From Cyanophora paradoxa CCMP329 (taxonomy: Eukaryota > Plantae > Glaucophyta): 64,000 nt of DNA. A model generated the notes under the pieces. That model saw nothing but the letters and a program-made list of their open reading frames with translations, was not told the origin of the DNA and made no database searches. Below, one piece after another: positions 1-12,210 of this stretch. The stretch spans positions 124,001-188,000 of the forward strand of contig QPMI01000483.1 in assembly GCA_004431415.1 (NCBI GenBank), read 5' to 3'. Each line of letters begins with the position of its first letter. Positions within the stretch are counted from its first letter, which is position 1. Both the position numbers and the translations under genes were made by a program.

Positions 1-2202
1 GCAGCGTCGGCGGACGGCGGCAGTACTCAGTGCATGGGAATACCTTCGAGGGTGCGCTAGCTCCGTTGATCCTGAAAGGCCGCTGTCGGCCCTCGCGGCC
101 TCATGCGTCACCTTGCAGTCGATGAGCGCTATGAGCTTGTTAAGCCCATGGGCAACGGAGCGTACGGGTGCGCCGCCTGCTGTGCCAGCTGTTTCCTCCG
201 CCTGCCGTCCAGCTTTCGCCGGGCTCACGCTGTGGTTGTAGCCAAGTGTGCAGCGCACGGGACAATGTATCCGGTGAAATGGTGGCCATCAAGAAGGTGT
301 CGAAGGCATTCGAGGACCTGACGGACGCAAAGCGGACGCTGCGGGAGATCAAGATCCTTTCTTCGCTCAACCACGAGAACGTGTGCCTGCTCCGGCCCCA
401 ACGAACGAAACGAAAAAGAAAATGAAGAGCTTTGTCGAATTTGCAGGTCGTTCGTCTGCGGGGCGTGATGAAGCCCGAGAGCCGAGAGCTTTACGAGGAC
501 ATCTACCTCGTTGAAGGTGATACAGGCTTGTTCGCCATATCTTTTTGCGCTTTAGCGTTTTTTTTCTCCTCAGATCTTATGGAGACAGGTGCTGGCGGGG
601 GTAGAGTTTCGTTTTGAGCGTTCTCTTATTCCTTTTCAGATCTGGACTGGATTATCCGCTCACAGCAGCCGCTCACTGATGACCATGTTCAGGTGGGTTG
701 GCTTTGCTTTGAAATACGTTTCTTTGTTGGTCTGTCTCTTTCCTGAATTTCGTTTCCAGTGGTTTGTGTACCAGATTTTACGCGCGGTGAAGTACATACA
801 TTCTGCTTGTGTTCTGCACAGAGACCTGGTGCGCCCTGAGCAAGCCTTTACGTGTTGCATTCAATAACTTCTTTACTTTCCAGAAACCGAAAAATATTCT
901 TGTTAATCGCAACTGCGAAATCAAGGTCGGCATCAGCTTTTTCGCAGCATCCCGTCTTTATCTTACTTGCATGCTCAGATCTGTGACTTCGGCCTGGCTC
1001 GAGTTACCGACCCCGAGGACAATGGGCCAGATATGACCCACTATGTGGTGACGCGCTGGTACCGAGCTCCTGAGCTGATTCTGCGGGGAGAGTACAGCAA
1101 AGCCAGTGAGTGGCGTTTTCTCATCTACCTCTTTGGAATCACGGATTACGCGATCTCATTTTCTGCGCCTCAGTTGATATGTGGTCTGTTGGGTGCATCC
1201 TTGCTGAGCTGCTCGCAAGGAGACCACTATTTCCTGGCAAAGATTGTCAGTGCCATCAACGAAAGCACATTGCTGCCATCTGATATCGCTTGCAGATTTG
1301 CAGCAGATCGATCTTATCACGAAGATACTAGGCACTCCGTCGGATGCAGAGCTTCAGTCCATGAAGGCCGATCAGAAGGTGCATTTGACAAATGGGGATG
1401 CTCACGTTCGTGCTGATATGTACCCCAGGCAATCACGTATGTGAAGACACTCCCGCATAGGCAACGCCAGTCGTGCTCAGCACTATTTCCTCAAGCTAGC
1501 CCACTTGGTGCGCGAGTTCCTATTCTCGATATGGACTTTGCAGCTCATTATCACGAGCAGCGATTGACCTCCTTGAGAAATTACTCTGTTTCGACCCCAC
1601 AAGGAGATGTTCGGCTGAGGATGCACTTGCGCATCCATATTTGGTCGACTACCACGATGAGCGCCTCGAGGTTGACATTGAGTACATTTGCATATGTGCC
1701 TGGATGTGTGCTGAATAGATCCGCAGCCTGTCTCCCCGCGTCTGCTGAATTTCGATTTCGAGGATCGCGACTTATCTGAACACGATCTTAAAGGTGCAGG
1801 AAGTTTTTGTTGGAAGACTCCAAAAATCGTAATGTTTGCTCAGATTTAATCTTCGATGAGATCATGCGCATATCTGCAATGCAAGAACAAAGAAGTGATC
1901 AGCAGATGGAGGATGTCGACGAGAATTCCCAGACCACAGCACCTGCTGCTGCCTCAAATCACACACCAGCACACCCCACTGCTTCTTTCTCTGCTACTCC
2001 TGCCACTGCCGCCCATCCTACACCTGCTCAAGGACTACCACCCTCCCTGCATTCAACACCAGCCCACACGACACCACAAGGACCTCCGCCCTCTCTACCC
2101 TCCACTTCAGCCCATGCGACGCCGGCCAGTGTGCCACAACCAGAAAGTGTATTCCGATCCCCAGCCACAAACCTCGGAACTCTCTTCGATGCTGCTGTTT
2201 AG
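1..2202 (+). CDS. Mitogen-activated protein kinase (MAPK, THY activation loop), multi-exon; 5' end may lie before the window or at ATG 34
   Basis: Spliced exons give [39 protein letters not shown]|[28 protein letters not shown], then a Pro/Ala/Thr-rich tail ending at TAG 2202. Confidence 0.95.
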
Positions 2203-2521
2203 CTTGGAGCTGTCTTTAATGCAATCTGATGCAACATACCGATGTAAGCCAGCGAGTTTTCACCTGGCTGCAGCAGATCGAGCTAGATCACGAAAGTCTA
2301 TGCACAAAAGGCTGACCGCTCACAGAACCGTAATAGCTGTTAGATTGGAGGCTGTCCAGGCACTGTGTGGCCATGGTGGGATATCCCGGCGGCGGCGGCG
2401 GCGGGGAAGGGAACGTCCCCGACACTGAGCGGAAGTGCAACCAAGTCGCGTGTTCACTTTTGTGTCCTGGGAAAAAAAAGCTTCAACCGTTGAACAGCAA
2501 GTCGTTGTGCCACGGTGAATG

Positions 2522-2861
2522 AGGACGTCTCGTAATCGTAACTCAGACTAGGGTTACGATCTGCGATTACGATCGTAACTATACAGCTAGGACGTCTTAG
2601 CTTTGATCTGCGATTACGATCGTAACTAGCTATAGGACGTCTTAGCTTTGACCTGCGATTACGATTAGGGCGTCCTTGATCTGCGATTACGATCGTAATT
2701 ATGACGTCTAGATCTTGACTTGTTGACCTGCGATTACGATTGGGGCGTCCTTGACGATCATAATTAGGACGTCTTGGCTTTGACCTGCGATTACGATTAG
2801 GGCGTCCTTGATCTGCGATTACGATCGTAATTAGGACGTCTTGGCTTTGATCTGCGATTAC
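2522..2861. repeat. Tandem minisatellite with core GAYCTGCGATTACGAT in alternating ~28 and ~39-47 nt units
   Basis: About 8 copies of the core read directly; contains palindromes TTACGATCGTAA and GACGTC; the same units recur at 17447-17541. Confidence 0.9.
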
Positions 2862-2971
2862 TGCCCATGCATATTTATGCGTCATTCGCGTGCGAGCTCA
2901 GTTAACGTTGGCTGGGCCTGCGGCATCAGCGCCACATGTACAGCTGCAGCACGTATACGTATACTAGCTAA

Positions 2972-3310
2972 AGTGTACATCCCACTCTTGCAGCCCGGCC
3001 GTGGACTTGCAGTTTAAATTCGTGTCCAAATGCGTCTCACATGCACAGAATTCAGACGACCCAGCTGCAGCTGTAGCCGCCCCAAGACGACCCAGCGCAG
3101 ACCCGCCCCCCTCTCCTTAGGGGGCCACGCAGGGCCCGGCCGGCCAGTTCGCTGGAGGGCTGGGCCCGCGGCCGCGGCGGCCGCAGTGTACATTCCCACA
3201 CTTGTAGCCCGGATCTGCGTTTTTTAGTACGTGTCCAAATGCGACCCAGCTGCCCCAAGCTGCGGTGCATTACCCCCTAAACAGGGCTGTGCAGGGCCTG
3301 GCTGTGGGCT
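2972..3310 (+). repeat. Dispersed repeat family A, copy 1 (core ~3112-3243 with degenerate partial units on both sides)
   Basis: CTCTCCTTAGGGGGCCACGCAGGGCCCGGCCGGCCAGTTCGCTGG...GTGTACATTCCCACACTTGTAGCCCGG...GTGTCCAAATGCG is shared with four other loci. Confidence 0.9.
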
Positions 3311-3334
3311 AAAGATTGCCCGAGGCGTTTGAGC

Positions 3335-4835
3335 TCAATTGTCATGGTAATATCGCTTACTAACTGACGATGCCGTAAATTTATCGTTGCTGGCGTAGCA
3401 TTTCTCGCAGTAATATGCCGGTTGGTCTGGCGCAACCCGATCTCCCCAGGAGACCCACCTGCAGATGTTACACCGAGAGGTTAAACAAATTAAATAATGT
3501 ATTGAGGACCTTGCGGGGTAGATATCACAGACTCGACACTTTTTCCTGCGGATCTTCGACTGGAATGTCAAGAATGGATATCTATCGGTCGTCTGGGGAT
3601 CAGTCTCCTCGACCATCCTGCGTGCTTGCGTGAATGCACGTAAATGAAAACAGTCCATCGAATGCACCTCACATCTGAAACAACCATGATGTGCTCACAG
3701 TCCCCTCGGTGACAGTACACTTGTGGAGCACCAATTCGGAGTGTTAGATCCAGCATCTTCGTTTCTTGCATGGATTTGACCACCATCGTCCCCTCGCTCC
3801 ATCCTCTCAGAGAACGTGCCCATGCCTCTAGCCTGGACGAGCTAACGTAAGATGTGATGCGACCAAAACAGCAATGAAGAAGAGTTCATTTCTAACCGTC
3901 CGTCATCATCTGGCTGCCTTGAAGGATCATGGATATAAAACACATGATCAATGAAGAAGAACGAAGCAGTTGACTCGCTGTTGCAGTCTTGAAAGTCCCG
4001 TAAACAATACACATAGTCTCGAAGCAAAGACAGAGATTGCGATCCCAGAATCCGGAACTCCTGAACGACAAGGATGAGCTGCATGCGCTCAAACCAGGTC
4101 GCCAGTAGCTCACCTGAGTCTTTGAGATGCGAGTAGGATTATAAAACTCCACTGTGACGATGACATCTCCTCTCGAGACTGCTTGCTTTCGTTGCTGTGC
4201 AGCAGATTCCAGAAATTGCAAGCGGTCCTCTCCACCAGGCACGAGGGTCATGAGGGCACGTTGAATTTCTGCAGCACTCTTGCAATGGCAATGCAGTCAG
4301 AGTAGGATATGAGACACACAACTCGATGCAGACCTGGTTGGAAGAGACGATGATGTTGTCCTCACGATTCGCTGGCTTTCTCATCGTCATGGCGCGCCTG
4401 AGTTCTCAATTAGGCGGCTCAGTCTCGTCTACGCGGAAGAGCGAGAGCACTGAATGGATTGGAGCTGCGATGAGTCAGAGCAATGATGGATTGCAACGAA
4501 ACGCGAGCGCGCACTGGAAGCGCATTCGTCGATGCATTGTACGCGTCTTCAATGCTGCAAGCGCGTTTATATTGCGTCGTATTTGTGGCACCGCGCGGAT
4601 CACCTGAACTCGCGCAGCTCAGAAGGTCTGGTGTGAAGCTCCTCATCCTGCGCTCGGAAGCGCGCCGCATCCTCCTGGAACTGGGCAATCCTGGCGCCCT
4701 GTGATCGGACATCGCGACTCGCTCGCGCTCCAACGCACCCCACGGCGGGCGACGCGAAGGGCGGCACAATCTGCGAGCGCGTCAGGGCGCGCACAAAATG
4801 CATCGCGGACATCACGGATGCACCTCCCAATCCAT
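3335..4835 (-). CDS. SNAPC3: snRNA-activating protein complex subunit 3 (SNAP50), multi-exon; start approximate
   Basis: EFRILGSQSLSLLRDYVYCLRD, SFFFIDHVFY, YCHRGDCEHIMVVSDVR, CRVCDIYPA...YYCEKCY zinc finger. Confidence 0.88.
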
Positions 4836-5055
4836 GGACGCTAATCGACGTCGTAGAACACGCGCGCAGGCGCCCCGGACGCGCCTCGTCCGGTACCGAC
4901 TGTGCGGTGATGCGTGAGCTCCAGGCTTGTCTTTTTGGGGGCCCCAGCTGCGTGCGCGGCGGTACTGGTACCGGCGCGCCGGCGCGCCAAGCGCCAACCC
5001 CCCGGCCCCCCCCCCTCTCCTCGATCAATTTCGCAATTCATTCGGGCTGATCACG

Positions 5056-5482
5056 AGAGATCCGTCTAGTTGTAGGTGTTCTGTCTGCAGCCTGTATGTT
5101 TCTCTCGAAGTGCAGATCCCTCCAACAGCGCGATCTGACCCCTATTCGAGCCCCCCGGCGCAGGCTGACTCCATGTCGGGCCCCCATGGCCCGTAGGGGT
5201 CCCGCCACAAGAGACGCGATGCCGCACCCTGCGGGCACATGTAGCTATAGCCAGCTAGAGTGTCCGTGGGGAGGCGCATTACTCTCCTTAGGGGGCCACG
5301 CAGGGCCCGGCCGGCCAGTTCGCTGGTGGGCTGGGCCCGCGGTCGCGGCGGACGCAGTGTACATCCCACACTTGTAGCCCGGACTCGTACGTTTTCCGTA
5401 CGTGCCCAAATGCTGTGTCCGCAGGGAGACCCCGGCTGGCATGGTGGGCTGGGCCCGCAGCAACAGCACCACAGTGTACATC
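5056..5482 (+). repeat. Composite repeat: module Y, short module Z, family A copy 2
   Basis: 5056-5125 matches 15585-15651 and 17325-17389; 5130-5412 matches 17660-18025 with deletions; a partial second A unit runs to 5482. Confidence 0.88.
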
Positions 5483-5518
5483 GAAGTGGTCCAGACTGCC
5501 CCTATATTGGAACACAAT

Positions 5519-7139
5519 TCACTGCTTGTTTGTGACCTGCAAGGGGGAAAAGCCGGTTTTAGCACCGCCAAGGAAGACCGCAAGAGGAGCACCTCAGCCA
5601 TGCTCCGGATGACAACCTCGCACTTCTCAATAAGGATTTTGATCGCCTCCTGGAAAAGGACATGAGGTGCCAGGGCTCCCGTCGACTCGATCGTGACTGG
5701 CAAGAGTTACTGGGTGCAGTGTTTTGAACATCAGAACGTGCGTACAGATAAAGTGACTCTTGAGGCGCTTGAGCTTGATTCGTTTTTGCCAATCTGGACT
5801 CCGAATGCACTCCCGGCAGAGGGTGCAGTTCCTAGGCCTCCTGACAACAGCTTTCTTACCCCCTTCTCAGCGAATGGGGTAAGCGAAGTGAAGACGAAGA
5901 AAACGACGAAAATCGTCGCAAGAATGACCTGCAAGATCCTCAATGTCGAAAACTTTCATGGGACAAGTAGCAACCAGCTGATCAGCTTCCTCCCCATCGA
6001 AAGAGTCTATAAGGTCGATCTCAGGCATCAATCTGCGGAGACGAACAAAGTCATTCACGTAGTCGCGCGTTAAAAAAGCCCTTTAGAAGAGCTCACCGGT
6101 AGGTTGCTGTTGCAACTGGAGACCACTTGGCATGCGTTTTCCCAATGCCCTTCACACAATGGCATTCCACCTCGATCTCCTACCAAACTTGGTTCAGAAG
6201 CAGCGGGGTGGGAATGCCGACAATAAGTTCGAACCTGCCCTGGCCTCAACTTCGCAATCAAGATGTCGTCGTGTATGGGCTTGATGGGGTTTGAAGCATA
6301 CGCTTCTGCTTGCTGCCCATGTGGGATCCATTCTAGGTCTTTCGACAAAACTAGATGCGAAGACTACATCGGATACGAATACAAATAAGCCAAACGGAGC
6401 GATACCTTTCGATTGGATAAGATTCTCATCATCATCTTTTCCTCCGACTGGCTGGCCAGGCTTGCGGGTGCACTTGGCCTGCAACCTAAAGACAATTGTA
6501 TTCTTTTCCGTGGCATCATCTTCCTCTGTAATCGAATGAGAGAGAAATCGAGTGCTCGAGTTGCGTAAAATAAAACTCACCCCCTTTCATCTCGAACTTC
6601 CTAGGGTCTGCCATGATGGGAATCAGCCCCAGCCGATGCGCCAAGATTTCGTCGGGAATGATTGAAGTGTTGTTCTGCATCCACACTTTCTCGATCGCCA
6701 TCGTTGGGATCTGTGCCAATGTTTGGAGGTGAGGTCGAAATGCGCACGCGTTGATTTACCTCCGAGAGCAGGATGCGCCGGATTGCATTTGCTATAGGCG
6801 CATCGATACCGCTTACGTCAATGACGGCGACTTCCCTGTCCCACGATACAACCTCGACCTTCAAGTTCTCCTGGAACGACTCGAGGGACCAGGTGTTGTC
6901 GATCCCCAAGGAGCTGAACGATCCCGAATAATCGAAGTTCCCGGTCTGATAAATACCCGTCAGCAGGCTCCGGGCACGCAAGGAGTTGATCGCGCTCACG
7001 TATACAGGCGCGTCGAAGTTCGCAGTGACGGCGCGCCGCTGCTCCTCGAGATCTGCAGAGCGAGCAACGCAATCAAACCTTTAGCTAAATGCAAGCTACG
7101 TGGCGCACGCTTCGGCAGCTGCGCCTTCGCCTTCTTCAT
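5519..7139 (-). CDS. RPC40: RNA polymerase I/III shared subunit AC40 (RPC40/POLR1C), multi-exon
   Basis: [20 protein letters not shown]|[52 protein letters not shown]; ATG 7139, TGA 5519. Confidence 0.95.
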
Positions 7140-7512
7140 CTTGATCGTCGCAAACCGGTCCTCCAGCGCTTACGCGCAGCTACCAACGCTTTCTTCGCGT
7201 CGAATGCAGCAGCACGATCGTCGATTCGCGCTTGAAAGCCACCTTGCGGTTAGCGCAAGCAGCGCAGTCAGCGCTTGCTAGGGGGTACGAGCAGCTAGGG
7301 CGGGGGGGACAAACGCGAGCCAGCGCTAGCGGGGTCCGGCAGAGGCGGGGCGTATACGAGCGGCTGATCGATAACCGAGAGCGCAGCGCTATTCTGCACC
7401 AGCTTCAGCGTAACCGTGCACTCCATCGATCGCCGCGCGCGGGTTGGACTCGGCTAGCTTAGCGCGAGCATTCGGATATCAAGGCGTATCAGTTTACAGC
7501 GAACTCCGCGCG

Positions 7513-9604
7513 ATGGGGCTCATTGAAACGGTGAGCGCAAGCGCTCGTGCGGGCAGTGATCCCGACTTTGCCTGGCGAAGAAGATCGCTCCGTAGCGCCG
7601 GGAGCGCACCGTCAAAGTCTAAATGCAGCCTGCTGGCAGGCCGCCGGCACCGGGTCCTTCGCGGACCTGGGGGTCTGCGCACCGCTTTGCGAAGCTTGTG
7701 AAAAGCTCGGTACGTGCACCGGCGCCGAGCTTGAAATTCATCTGACCGCTCGCGAAGGATTCAAGACCCCAACCAAGATCCAGATCGACTCGATTCCCTC
7801 TGCTCTTGCAGGTTGGATTTGACAGATTGCCTTCGATCTGGTCGGTATCGAGCGAGCCTCCAGGTCGCGACATCATCGGGCTTGCGCAAACTGGCTCCGG
7901 GAAAACAGCGGCATTTGCATTGCCAGTTCTGCAAAAGTTGCTTGACAAGCCCCAGCCGCTCTTTGCTGTGGTCCTTGCACCAACAAGGTGCTCTTCAATG
8001 CCAGGTTTCAAACACATCAAGTTACCAACACGTTTGCAGAGAGCTTGCGTTCCAAATAAGCGAACAGTTCGAAGCCCTCGGCTCGGGCATCGGCGTGAAG
8101 TGTGCTGTTGTAGTTGGGGGGATCGGTGAACGTGGCTGTCTTGTTCCGAAAGCATCTTCAACGAACTTACCAAACCATCAGATATGATGACGCAGGCCAT
8201 CACCTTAGCGAAGAAGCCTCATGTTGTTATCGCGACTCCTGGCCGCCTGGTTGATCATCTCGAGAACACGAAAGGCTTTTCACTAAGATCGATAAAGTTT
8301 CTGGTCTGCACATCCCAGCGGACTCATTGGCTCGAATTTTTTACTTTGTATCTTTTCAGATTATGGATGAGGCGGATCGTCTTCTTAACATGGATTTCGA
8401 GAAGGAGATCGACAAGATTCTGCAGGTGATCCCTCGCGAACGGCAAACATTCCTCTTCTCTGCAACCATGACTACAAAGGTTCAGTTGAATCATACAGCC
8501 AGGCGACATAATGGTTTTTACCTGTGGTTACCAGGTCCAAAAACTGCAGCGGGCATCACTCCGGAACCCAGTGAAGTGTGAGGTCTCTGCAAAGTGTGCT
8601 GCAACCCGCGCTTTGCACAAGCCAACTTTGCCTTACTCCGTGAATAGGTACTCGACCGTAGATACTCTCATCCAGCAATACCTTTTTATCCCCGCAAAGT
8701 ACAAGGACTGCTACCTCACCTACGTTCTTAATGAAATTGCTGGAAACACAACAATGGTGTTTACAGCAACGTGCCAAAACACACAGGTATAACCCTTTCT
8801 TGAATACGCCTTTAAATTGCTCACCGTCATGCAGAGAATCGCGATTTTGCTGAGGAACCTCGGCTTCTCAGCAATCGCCATCCACGGCCAACTAAGCCAG
8901 CCAAAACGGCTGAGTGCCTTGAACAAGTTCAAAGCAGGCCAACGCCAGATCTTGATTGGTATGCAGCCCGCCCAGTGTTTGGAATGACGTTGATCATAGT
9001 TGTCAGCTACCGATGTTGCATCGCGAGGGCTGGACATTCCTACAGTGGATGTTGTGATCAATCTTGATCAACCGAGCAATTCAAAAGACTACATCCACCG
9101 AGTTGGGCGCACAGCAAGAGCGGGGAGGTCTGGCCGTGCAATCTCTTTCGTGACACAGTGTGCAACTTTTGAAACCTTGCATGCGTTTTGCAGTTCAAAC
9201 TCCTCGCAGGTATGATGTTGAGACATTCCAGCGCATTGAAGATTTGATCGGGATCAAGATGACTCAGGTGCATTCAATTGTATTTCAACTTCACATTGTT
9301 GCTCACATCACACAGTATCCTGCAGAGGAGGCAAATGCACTTCTGCTTCTTGAGCGGGTTTCTGAAGCCCAGCGGATCGCATCCATGGTACAAGTTCCTC
9401 TAAATTCTAACCATTCAACTTCCTGAATTCGCCCAGGAATTGCGAGAAGCAGGCGAATCTGGCCGCGGGCACAAGCGGAAGACCCCTGATGCTGAGGCAG
9501 AGGACGAAGCCGAGGAGGGTCAGAGCAGACACAAGAAGAAAGGCGGTGGATTCAGTAAGAGGACCAAAGGCAACAAGTCGAGAGGCAAGCCAAAGAAGAG
9601 GTAG
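7513..9604 (+). CDS. DDX47: DEAD-box RNA helicase DDX47/Rrp3, multi-exon
   Basis: [12 protein letters not shown]|[51 protein letters not shown]. Confidence 0.93.
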
Positions 9605-9800
9605 ACTGCGGACCCAAACTAGCTCCAATATCGAAATCGAAGGCCTTCACATTAGCAGTCGCGTACACCTGGGCTGCCCGAGCATAGGCTGCCGGGAACG
9701 CTACAGCACACATGAGCGACTTGATCGAATTGATCACATCTACTGGATCACAAGAGAGTGCAAGAGTCAAGATCTAGATCCATGCGCCGAGCTGAGCTGG

Positions 9801-9994
9801 GCTCTTTTTACGCTACGGGCGCGCCGGACCTCCTACCTACAGCGCTTTAACTGTACCCGTGCTGTTTGGGTGAGAGCGTAACCCGCAGGGACTGGTGCCC
9901 TGATGGAGAAAAGGGGATCGGAGCCTAGCGCTAGCTGGCTACGAGCCGAGCAGGCGCTTCGCGTCCACGCCGGTTCCGTAGCGGATGAAGATGC
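9801..9994. repeat. Dispersed repeat family B, copy 1 (~195 bp)
   Basis: Near-identical to 26906-27101 and, inverted and truncated, to 60008-60157. Confidence 0.9.
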
Positions 9995-10235
9995 CTCAGT
10001 GCCTCAGTGCACATCACACACTTGCAGCCCTGACATTGCGATTTGAATTCATGTGGAAATGCTAATAGCTAGCCGGCTAGTCCACCCGTCCCTTTCGCCA
10101 AGCCCAACTTCAGGGTTGTGATTGAAGTCCAAGCCCAGACAGTGCGGGTCGAGGGGAAAGGGGCTTTCAAGTTTGATTTGAGAAGACTCTGATCTGAGGC
10201 TTTGATTCGAGGGACCGTTCTCATCCTTGCACTTA

Positions 10236-12004
10236 TTACTGGCCGTCGTCCTCAAACTCATCGCCATTGTCAAAGAGGTAGTTTGCGGCTGAGAATTCCG
10301 TGAACTGCATGTGACCAAAACAGAGAAAGGAGGGGCACCTAGGTTCTCATCCTTGTCACAGGCCAGGTAGGCTTGTGCAGCCCGGTCCCGGTCGAAGCCC
10401 ATCGACACGAGGCGATCGATTGCATCCTTGTCCTCCTGGGTTATCGCAATGTACTGGGGGCCACCCTCATCCTCACCACCACCACCAGCACCACCAAAGA
10501 GCTGGGCGAGGGCTGCCAACTGCTCCGGGGTCCTATCCACACAATACATAAGCAACATTGAAAATTCTTGGATTCGGATGAACTTCAGCAAGACTCTCAC
10601 TGACATTTGGGGAGCCGCCTGCTGGCCAGCTGCAGGAGCACCGCCAGCGCCAGGAGTTATCAGACGCAAGAAATCCGCCTGATTCTGCTGTGGATGTAAG
10701 CAAATTGCGGACAAAAATAACAAAAGGGGAAAAAGATGCCTGGTTGATGAGTTGCAACAGCTGAGGATTCGAGCGGCCGAGTTCTGCAAGGACACCAGGC
10801 AGCAACTGGGGATTTGCTTGAATGGCGTTAATCAGGGCGTTGAACTGCGGGATTTGGCGGAGCATCTCCACATTGACGCCAGCACCTGCAGGCAAGGTTT
10901 TCATTTGCCTGAAAAAGGAAAAAGAAATCGCAAAAAGATCACCAGGCGCCGCCGCAGCTCCCATAGCACCTGCGGTCGGCTGCGCTGGCGCCGCGTGTGC
11001 AGGTGGGTGAGGAGCCTCGTGCCGGACATCCTCCGGGATCCCCTGCGAACGATGGTTCCCGAAGGATAGATAGAGAAGGATATAGAACATCTCACGGTCA
11101 TCAGGTACTCGACAGCACGATCGGGGTTGTTGAAAGCCGCGCGAAGTGCCCGCACGACCTGGTCCCGCTCGAAACCCATCTCCATCAACTGGGCGACGCT
11201 CTGATTGTATGCCTGTCCAGTGACAAGGGCCGAAGCCGCTTGATCGGTCGGAGGCCTGCCTCGACGATTACATGCGCTTGACGGCGCGAGACGAGAAAAA
11301 GTCGCACCCAGCGGGAGCTGCAGGGGTGGCGGACTCCGCTGCGGCCGGGGTGGTAGCAGGGGGGGCCCTGGCGTCTGAGAGTCAAAGCATGCCCGTAGAA
11401 TGACCACGTCGAAGTGGTCATGCGTACACAGGGGAAGGCTGTGCAGGAGTCGGGGCCGGGGCCGGGGCCGACGCGGGAGCAGGTGCGGCCGGAGCGGGAG
11501 CAGCAGGTGCCGGGGGCGGAGCGGCAGCCGGCGCAGCAGCCGGTGCAGCCTGCGAATTAGTTCAATGAACGAATAACGCTGTGTACAACGCGGAATGGGC
11601 GTGCAGCTGACCGCCGCAGGCTTGACTTTCGAAATCATCTGAAAACAATGGTGAGTTGCGTACGCGCACTCAGAGCGCAGAAAGAACACGTACAATCACC
11701 AAGAAGTCACCCTCCTTGATGCTGGCTGCGGCTGTCGAGTGAGGAGGGAGATGGAAAGAGAGCAGCCGGGCGAACCACTCTCGAGGGTCTGGTCATCGGC
11801 GAGGACCTTTCCGGAGAAGATGAGCTTTTGCGATGACGCCGCATGCCCCTGCTCCTTCTCGACCTTCTCTTTGACAGCGAGAACCTGCGCACCCATTCCG
11901 ATGAGCCATGCGCAGCCGGCGGATCGCGAGCCGCGCACCGTGTCGGAAGGCTCCACCTGCACGTCAAACTGCTTGTTCTGCAGGGTCTTAAGCGTGATCT
12001 TCAT
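10236..12004 (-). CDS. RAD23: UV excision repair / ubiquitin receptor RAD23, multi-exon
   Basis: UBL ([13 protein letters not shown]...[10 protein letters not shown]), UBA1 ([26 protein letters not shown]), XPC-binding ([12 protein letters not shown]), UBA2 ([19 protein letters not shown]). Confidence 0.95.
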
Positions 12005-12210
12005 GGCTTCGGCGTATGCGTCTGCGCCGGCGGCTTGCATGAGCGACCGCCGACGACCGCTTCAGAAACGGCCGTGAGCGCTCTGGAGACGCACCGACAA
12101 ACGACTGCTTCTGACCCGTCTGACCGGTGGTCGACAGGGGGACTCGGCGCCGCGATGGCGCGGCGCAGATGGGTACCCTTGTCGACCTTCGTTCGCAACC
12201 GTTCGAAACG

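Noticed and set aside
2522-2861. CRISPR-like array
   Set aside because: The inter-core segments are themselves repeats rather than unique spacers; the context is eukaryotic and no cas genes are present.
9897-9920. Hammerhead core or tRNA-derived head in family B
   Set aside because: CTGATGG is not CUGANGA, there is no matching GAAA junction, and no cloverleaf or convincing A/B boxes.
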